Shown in pieces: positions 8,941-15,094 of a DNA stretch of 15,094 nucleotides (the stretch's first letter is position 1; every line of letters starts with the position of its first letter). The stretch is from Anthoceros angustus. Taxonomy: Eukaryota > Plantae > Anthocerotophyta. The notes below the pieces were generated by a model, which saw only the letters and a program-made list of their open reading frames with translations, was not told the origin of the DNA and made no database searches. The translations under genes were made by a program, and so were the position numbers. Location: NCBI GenBank assembly GCA_010909165.1, contig VJWM01000410.1, positions 1 through 15,094 of the forward strand, written 5' to 3'.

Positions 8941-11483
8941 AATGCCAAGAAGAACACAATCGAAACTCCAAAATGAATGAAAACAAAACAAGAAAGAATC
9001 AACCTTGTCAACATATGGAATTTCACTAGAACACCCGTTGGTCGCTTATCCATCTGGATGCCTTAACTTGCTTTGCAGAAGGTGCACACGTAAAACAAAA
9101 CCGGTATGATTAAAAAAAAAACATGGCGGACTACAACAAAGCAACACAATACCAACACGAACTTCAAGACGTGGACCACATGGTGCGGAAAAACTCGATT
9201 CGGTTGTTCGGTGCCTTTCATGATGAATAACGAGGGTACGAGGAAAGACACAAAAACAAGTCGGGACGATTTGACAAGTCCCTACATACTTGATACAAAT
9301 CTCAAACACTTACATTACTAACGTGTTGCACTTGCAAGGGGGCGATCTTGGTGACTAAATACTATTTCGAGTTACATTCAACATTGATGACGGAAGAACA
9401 CCCTTAAATCATCCGCATCCGATTGAGTTCTTCATTTAAAAGCTCGATAGATCTGCTTCACGAGAACAAGAACTCTTCTTTACTTTTGCTTGACCGAGCG
9501 GTCATATGAAACGTTAGGAACAGCATACAAAGACTCAAATGTCACAAGCTTTCACAACATATTACCTTGAAAATCCAGCATCCGTTTTATGGCGGTCACA
9601 CTTCTCCCGGCCGGAGGCACGAGCCATCGTCAAGCGTGTAATCATTGTTACGGCTCTTATTGGTGTAATAGCCAACAAGCCCGGTTGCTTCAGCCATGGT
9701 CTTCTTGACAACATTCCTTTTGAAACACGAGTTTTGCATACCAAGCCTAGAACAAAAACAAGCTTAGTAAATACAAACCACAAAACTTAAGCCCAATAAA
9801 CAAAACTTACATTGATCTTGGGTTATCAATGGTTGAATTGAAGAAACCCCTGAATTGACAAATTTTGTCATGCGGACCACTTGGGAGAGTGATCAATAAC
9901 GACTTTAAAGTTTCGATGACTTTCGTAGATCTTGACCTTTTGGCGGAAATGCTCACTCTGGTAATTCTTCATATCCACTTTGTAATTTTTGAATCGTTCT
10001 TCATACGCAAATGAAGAGCGAGCTCAATCTGATACATCAAAACATCAAACAACAAAAAACAAAAGACTACACCCATCTTGAACAAAGGTCCTTTGAATCA
10101 TGCAAATGAGAAGTCCCTAATGAGCGGGTTATGTAACTCTTCACCACCTCGAACTCAAACTGGTCATGCAAAAATATGCACACCGCAAACAATATAAGCA
10201 TAAGGGCTCGGTTTAAGACCATAAATGAACAATCAAAGTGCACCCCAAAACCAACAATATTACCTTTTTAGCCCCCGCCCAAATGAGCATTGATGATCTA
10301 CTGTGAAAGCTCATCATCGAAATCAACTTCACCTCTTTTCGACATGACACAATCCCAAGGTCCTTGGATTTTCATGGACGCAACCAGTACAGGACCCATG
10401 GAAAATTCCATGAAACATGTTGATCAGGAACATCGAGAACCAAGCGGCTTTGGTTCAGATGCACTTCCTTGTCGGTTAAACCACGAAAGAAAGACATCAC
10501 TGCAGAGTGAAGATCAATCGGTCATGTGAAGGAAAGTCGAACTATCAAAATCAACAAGTAAGAAAACATCACTACTTACGTTTACGGAAAATCTCCTGTT
10601 GTCCTTGATTCGAACTTGATGGAAAAAGGGTATCAGAATAAGATTTAGATCCTTGTGAGGGATATCCTCAACAGCAGTATCCCATCCCCTGACCCCACTC
10701 ACTTTCATAAAGGCCCTGAGACGACTTCGACACCAGTTATTCAGCCGTTTGGACCTATCCTCCCCACCACTCAAAGCATCATTCACAGCTCCCTCTGGGA
10801 CTGACGGGTCAAATCCATGCTCTCTGAAAATTACTTCATCATCTTTTTCCTCCATACCCATAGCAAAGTCATCTTCGGGACCAGCACACTTTAGCCTCTC
10901 AAACATATCGAGCACTTCTTGATCAGGGATGACTCGGTCGGGAACCGCATGGAAGCGCCTGGCAGCATCCTTCAACACGGCACACAAATCTCTAGACTCG
11001 GCTTTGGCGGCCTCACAACCATGGGATCGTCGGTTATCAAGAAATCATTCTCCCCACCGGACCCTCTCTCGGACAATGGGACATAGTTAGTAATCTCGCA
11101 GAGGACCTTCAACCAATGTGTCAGTGTCCACCCTTCTCCTCTTCGACAAACTCATGCACGTCGAGCATCCTTCTTGGATGAGAAGTGCCTTGGCGGTTTA
11201 GGAATGCCTTTTTGGAACTAAATATGTTCCTTCACTTTGTGCACCAAGACACCATCAACTTTACCATCATCCTGCGGTGGATGAGTTGCGATGTGGAGAG
11301 CGGTGACTTGACCTGCTGTATGCAGCTTAGCCATGACTTGGCCAGGACCCTTGCTTCTTTCCGGTCCAGAAGGCCCAGTGGGTTTCTTTTAGGTGCCATC
11401 TGCAAGCCACAACAGCATTAGAGTGGACAAGGAACACAGACAGCCTAAAGAACAAACAAAAACCACAAAAAAAAAACACTTAC
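8168..11483 (-). other. Spliceosomal introns of the YR locus
   Basis: GT..AG pairs: 11483-11400, 10579-10500, 10072-10029, 9810-9747, 8464-8401 and 8248-8168. Donor 9565 has a degenerate acceptor at ~9508. Additional donors at ~10263 and 9313. Most donors are GTAAGT/GTGAGT/GTAATA and the interiors are U-rich. Confidence 0.7.
9314..11399 (-). CDS. Intron-containing tyrosine recombinase, Crypton/DUF3504-like (multiple apparent frameshifts)
   Basis: ATG at 11399 (MAP-K). Then SKRRRVD and KRLNNWCRSRLRAFMK...DLNLILIPFFHQVRIKDNRRFSVN (ORF 10514..10987). Box I LRCAYFCMTS-VRGGEELHN, with the Arg codon at 10149-10151. Then FAYEERFKNYKVDMK, (QP)IDNPRS-AWYAKTRV, TMAEATGLVGYYTNKSR (9650-9661 = NKSR), VTMITRL, HK (His 9589-9591), TDAGFSR | YDRS (Tyr 9504-9506). 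Motif order and spacing match Crypton YRs. Confidence 0.8.
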
Positions 11484-12514
11484 GTGGTGTTCAGAACTTC
11501 CAAATACGAACTTCCTGCTGAAGGGTCTAACAGATGATTATAAAACAATTTAAGACGAAGGCAGGGGTGTGGGGGATAGGGCACAGAACATTCATTGAAT
11601 CTACACATTGTCAAATTCAGGGATTCCCTCCACTTTATGTTAGTGAGAACAGAAAACTCCTTTCCCAAGTACCCACATACTGCCTGTAATTAGACCCTTT
11701 TGCCGAATAATATCCAAAAAACAAACAGCAAAAAATGTTAGGCCAAGCTGGCAAACGCATACTAGGAGATTCAATGGACAAATCGGGCGAAGGTTATCAC
11801 GATTCACGGACCAGTCGAGCGTTGGCGAGCCAACCCTTCACGATGTGACAATGCCTACACACAATTTGATGGATTAGATAACTTAAAAGTGGTAGCAAAG
11901 CAAACTTGACAAGGGCGAACATATGCGCAAACATATCAAAACCGATCATCGTCTAAGCGTAAAGTTGACATACCATCAAGGGTTACACCATGGACAAATT
12001 TCCTCCGACAAAGCTTGTGCGCAAAACAAAACAAATAAGAACAAGAATGCACGCTTTGCGAGCTTAAAAAGACAAACGATTTATCATCCTTTATTCTGAT
12101 GCTGATGCAAGGATGATAAATGTAAAATACAAGACAAATGAAAAGCTCATATGATTCGGACACCTTTACCAACACTTGTCTTCCGTAGAAAATCTTGAAA
12201 TTACTTCCTAAACAAGCAGACAAAGACAATGAAAACTAATACAAGCTCAAGAGAATCTAACGACATTTTCAAAAGCGGCATCTTCATAAAGACAAGACTA
12301 AACAAAGGTTCATTGGCGTACCAAACAAAATCCCGAAATATGTCCACATAGACCGAAAACATGGCGCATCAAAAGCAATGAGGAGGTAAGAACACACGAG
12401 GAAAGCAAACCACACGGGGACCGAAAACTATACAACCTTTGACAGTCAAACACATATTAAGGCGTGAAAAACAAAACACACAAGAAGCATGAAGCAAATC
12501 TGATCGGACTAAGT

Positions 12515-13290
12515 AGCGAGACAAAATATGCAAAACAAAACCAAGCCATGGAACAGGGCATCAAGCGAGAGACAAAAGTCACTTCAAACAAACGAACAAG
12601 TTATAGCGTTCTAGAAGGTGAAAAACAAGCGTTGAAGGTGAAAGAATCGCACATAAGCAGACCTAAACAAAACTTAGCTTGGAAGTAACAAGCCCGAACT
12701 CTCGAGACAAGCGGATCGGGTCGATTTCAAAAAAGCGAGCAGACACAATCGGCGATGCGTCAGCGGCAAACAAGTCAACAAGAGAAAGTGCAAGCAATCG
12801 GCCAGAACCAAGCTTATACTAAAGTTAAACTGTTTAAACGACACACATACGTCACAAACAAAACAAGAACACAGAGGTCATCGAGACACAGAGAAAACAA
12901 GCGGAGATGCAAGCGATACCAAGCCATGACCACACGACAACAAGCGAGCAGATAAAGGTCACTTCCAACAATCAACGAAGCAAAGTTGAAGGTCAAAAAG
13001 AATCACTCATGGAATGTACATGACAACCTTCAACTAGATGCAACAATATAGAATGAAGGCTCAAAAGCGAGACAGATCTTGTCGTTTCACAAAAGCAAGC
13101 GAGACTCCATCGGGCATCAACAAACAAAATAAACAAAGACAACCTACGGCAATCAAGCTAACGGAGCTATCGTGACGTAAACCAAATACCATCATAGCAA
13201 AGTAGTCATTCCTATGATTTAGGAATCGCATGACAAAAAAAACAACATCGGGCGAGCGAGATCGAGAAAAAAGCGATACAAAAGCCACGG
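12515..13290. repeat. Degenerate ~360-380 nt tandem repeat (2 copies plus a partial third)
   Basis: ACCAAGCCATG at 12540 and 12918. AAGCGAG..AAA.GTCACTTC.AACAA at 12563 and 12942. GTTGAAGGT.AAA..GAATC.C.CAT ending at 12654 and 13010. AAGCGATAC.AAGCCA at 12911 and 13271. Confidence 0.75.
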
Positions 13291-13508
13291 TGGCGAGGTA
13301 GAAAAACACTTAAAGCAGACAGAACAAAAACCGCACGACCACGGGCGCGAACCACCGTGGCAGCAAAACAACACCAAAACCGCACAAAACAACAAAGAAA
13401 GAAACAATAGGCGAAACAACGAGAAAATAACGTAAGCGCAAATGGACAGACTTCAAAGACAAAACCTTAACCTTTAAGCGACGAAACCTCACCTCCGGTG
13501 CCAATCAA

Positions 13509-13900
13509 CCTTGGCCTTCGGACTAAGCAACAAACAACACGGCAGCAAGGACACCGTGACCCGGACCGAGCAAACCCTTGGCCTTGAAAGAACCAACGGA
13601 CCCAACACCTTGGCCTTGAAACAATCTATCGAGACCTTGGCCTTGAGCGAAGGTGGAAAGGCCTTAGCCTTTCGAAGGACTGAAAACGCATTGAAAACTT
13701 AAACCAAAGCCTAGAAGCCTAGAACACCTTGGCCTTCAAAAGAAGGCTACAATAAGCCGGACCGGCCGAAATCACTTTGGCACGAAACTAGAACTAGACA
13801 ACTCATGGACTTGCAAAGCACTGGAAGCATGCACAAGGCATAGGCCATGGCCCCTCACTCACAGACAGGCCTTGGCCAAGCAGAGAGGAAGACCTTGGCC
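13509..13900. repeat. CCTTGGCC(TT) motif array
   Basis: Exact CCTTGGCC at 13509, 13576, 13608, 13635, 13727, 13870 and 13893. Variant CCTTAGCC at 13662. Confidence 0.9.
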
Positions 13901-13994
13901 AGTGAGCTGAACAAAAGCCGAACAAGCAGGGACCCGGACGGCCACCTCGGCCTCAAAAGGCGGAATGCAAAAGACCTCCCGCTTTGGAGAAGCC

Positions 13995-14003
13995 ATTTAT
14001 ATA
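13995..14003 (-). promoter_or_regulatory. TATA box (CTATATAAAT) oriented toward the YR gene
   Basis: The minus strand reads CCTATATAAATGGCTTCTCC, a consensus TATA followed by a pyrimidine patch. Confidence 0.6.
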
Positions 14004-14010
14004 GGCCAGC

Positions 14011-14195
14011 AAACCCTAAACACTCTCCCTGGCGCGCCCGTTCTCTCTCTACCAAAGCTGATTTGAATTAGAACCTAAGATTAGGCGGATTCCAAACCCT
14101 ACGTGGGTTCGCCATTTATTGCCGCTGCCCGCTCTGTTCAACCAAACCTAGGTTCTTGATTCCAAACCTAGCCCTAACCGCACCAAACCTAATCT
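14011..14195 (+). promoter_or_regulatory. Telo-box cluster (AAACCCTA and variants)
   Basis: AAACCCTA at 14011 and ~14095. Variants AAACCTAG and AAACCTAA between ~14144 and 14192. Confidence 0.55.
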
Positions 14196-14668
14196 CCGAA
14201 CCGATGCGGGCGTAACGAACCTACTGTTTCAACCACGGTACGCCACGCCCCGGCACCGTCGAACCATCTAGAAGTTTCGGTTTTTGATTAAGCGACCTTT
14301 GTGGCGATTCTTTGTTGATGATGACGTAGCGCAATCATATCGTTGTAGTATGGAGTCCGTTCCCAAGAGAATGATAGCTCCGTTTGCGCGCGATTCTCAC
14401 CTTTCTTGGTCCACTTCACCTTAACACACTCAATCTTCGTTTACACCAGCTATTTATAACGTTCACGAGCAGGCCAGGTGTGGCGTTTAAGGACCCGTTT
14501 GCGTCCGCGTCGTCACTCGTTTCTTGATCCGTTCCTCTCATCGCTCTCTCTACACTTATCAACCTTGGAAAAAAGGCTACACGTCGGACCTCCTACGTTG
14601 CTCATGGGCCTCTCGTCCGGGCTCTGCACCCTCCCAAAAGTACCTCCGGCTCACGTTCGGTCCGCTCG

Positions 14669-15094
14669 TATCTATACTTATATTTATATTTATGCTTATA
14701 CGTATACTTATACTTATACTTATACTTATACTTATGCTTATGCTACTTATGCTTATACTTATACTTATACTTATATCTATGTACTTCTATATATATATCT
14801 ATACTTATATTTATACCTATATTTATTATTATATCTATACCTATACCTATACTTATACCTATACCACTATCTATATTTATACCTATATCTATATCTATAC
14901 CTATATCAATATCTATATCTATATTCATATCTATACCTATACCTATATTTATATTTATGCCTATACTATCTATACTTATACTTATATCTATATTTATACT
15001 TATACTTATACCTATACCTATATTTATATTTATACTTATACCTATATCTATGCTTATACTTGTACCTATATTTATACGTATATTTATACTTATA
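14669..15094. repeat. Degenerate hexamer satellite TATAYY (TATACT/TATATT/TATACC/TATATC/TATGCT)
   Basis: Six-base periodicity is directly visible and runs off the end of the window. Confidence 0.97.

Larger units (their letters stand above)
7659..14668 (-). mobile_element. Putative Crypton-like (tyrosine recombinase) DNA element; termini not identified
   Basis: A compositionally coherent block carrying the YR gene, its leader and a TATA box. It is bounded by the GC-rich retro-like block and the TA-rich satellite. No TIRs or RT were seen. The boundaries are inferred from composition only. Confidence 0.5.

Noticed and set aside
13509-13900. CRISPR array
   Set aside because: The repeat is only 8-10 nt with irregular spacing, there are no cas genes, and the context is eukaryotic.
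7741-14343. CAATCATA(T)CGT at 7741 and 14332 as terminal direct repeats
   Set aside because: The match is short and imperfect and does not coincide with the composition boundaries.
7659-14668. DIRS/Ngaro retrotransposon as the source of the YR
   Set aside because: No RT, RNase H or gag motifs were seen in the block, the gene has many introns, and its motifs fit Crypton-type YRs better.
14743-14928. [11 protein letters not shown]...
   Set aside because: It is simply the translation of the hexamer satellite.

Overview
This is eukaryotic, plant-like repetitive DNA: GT-AG introns that are U-rich on the minus strand, telo-boxes, and a plant-transposon-like ORF. No RNA genes, CRISPR arrays or prokaryotic operons were seen. 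(1) About 1-7658 is a GC-rich mosaic of retrotransposon-like sequence. It contains two ~2 kb inverted copies (~325-2271 and ~5188-7280) of a unit with a TATA/telo-box-like AT-rich segment and a frameshifted ORF resembling plant transposon accessory proteins. (2) About 7659-14668 holds, on the minus strand, an intron-split and frameshifted tyrosine recombinase gene of Crypton/DUF3504 type. It is invisible in the ORF track. Reassembled by hand it shows the N-terminal LNLILIPFFHQVRIKD motif, box I VRGGEELHN, YEERFKNYK, AWYAK, YTNKS-R, (G)HK and the catalytic Y. Further exons follow (Cys motif, coiled coil), and upstream lie a ~2.6 kb repeat-rich leader and a TATA box. (3) 14669-15094 is a degenerate TATAYY hexamer satellite. 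Dense +/-1 indels in all coding regions suggest error-prone long-read sequence, so the frameshifts may not be real. Protein family calls come from motifs recognised by eye, not from database searches.
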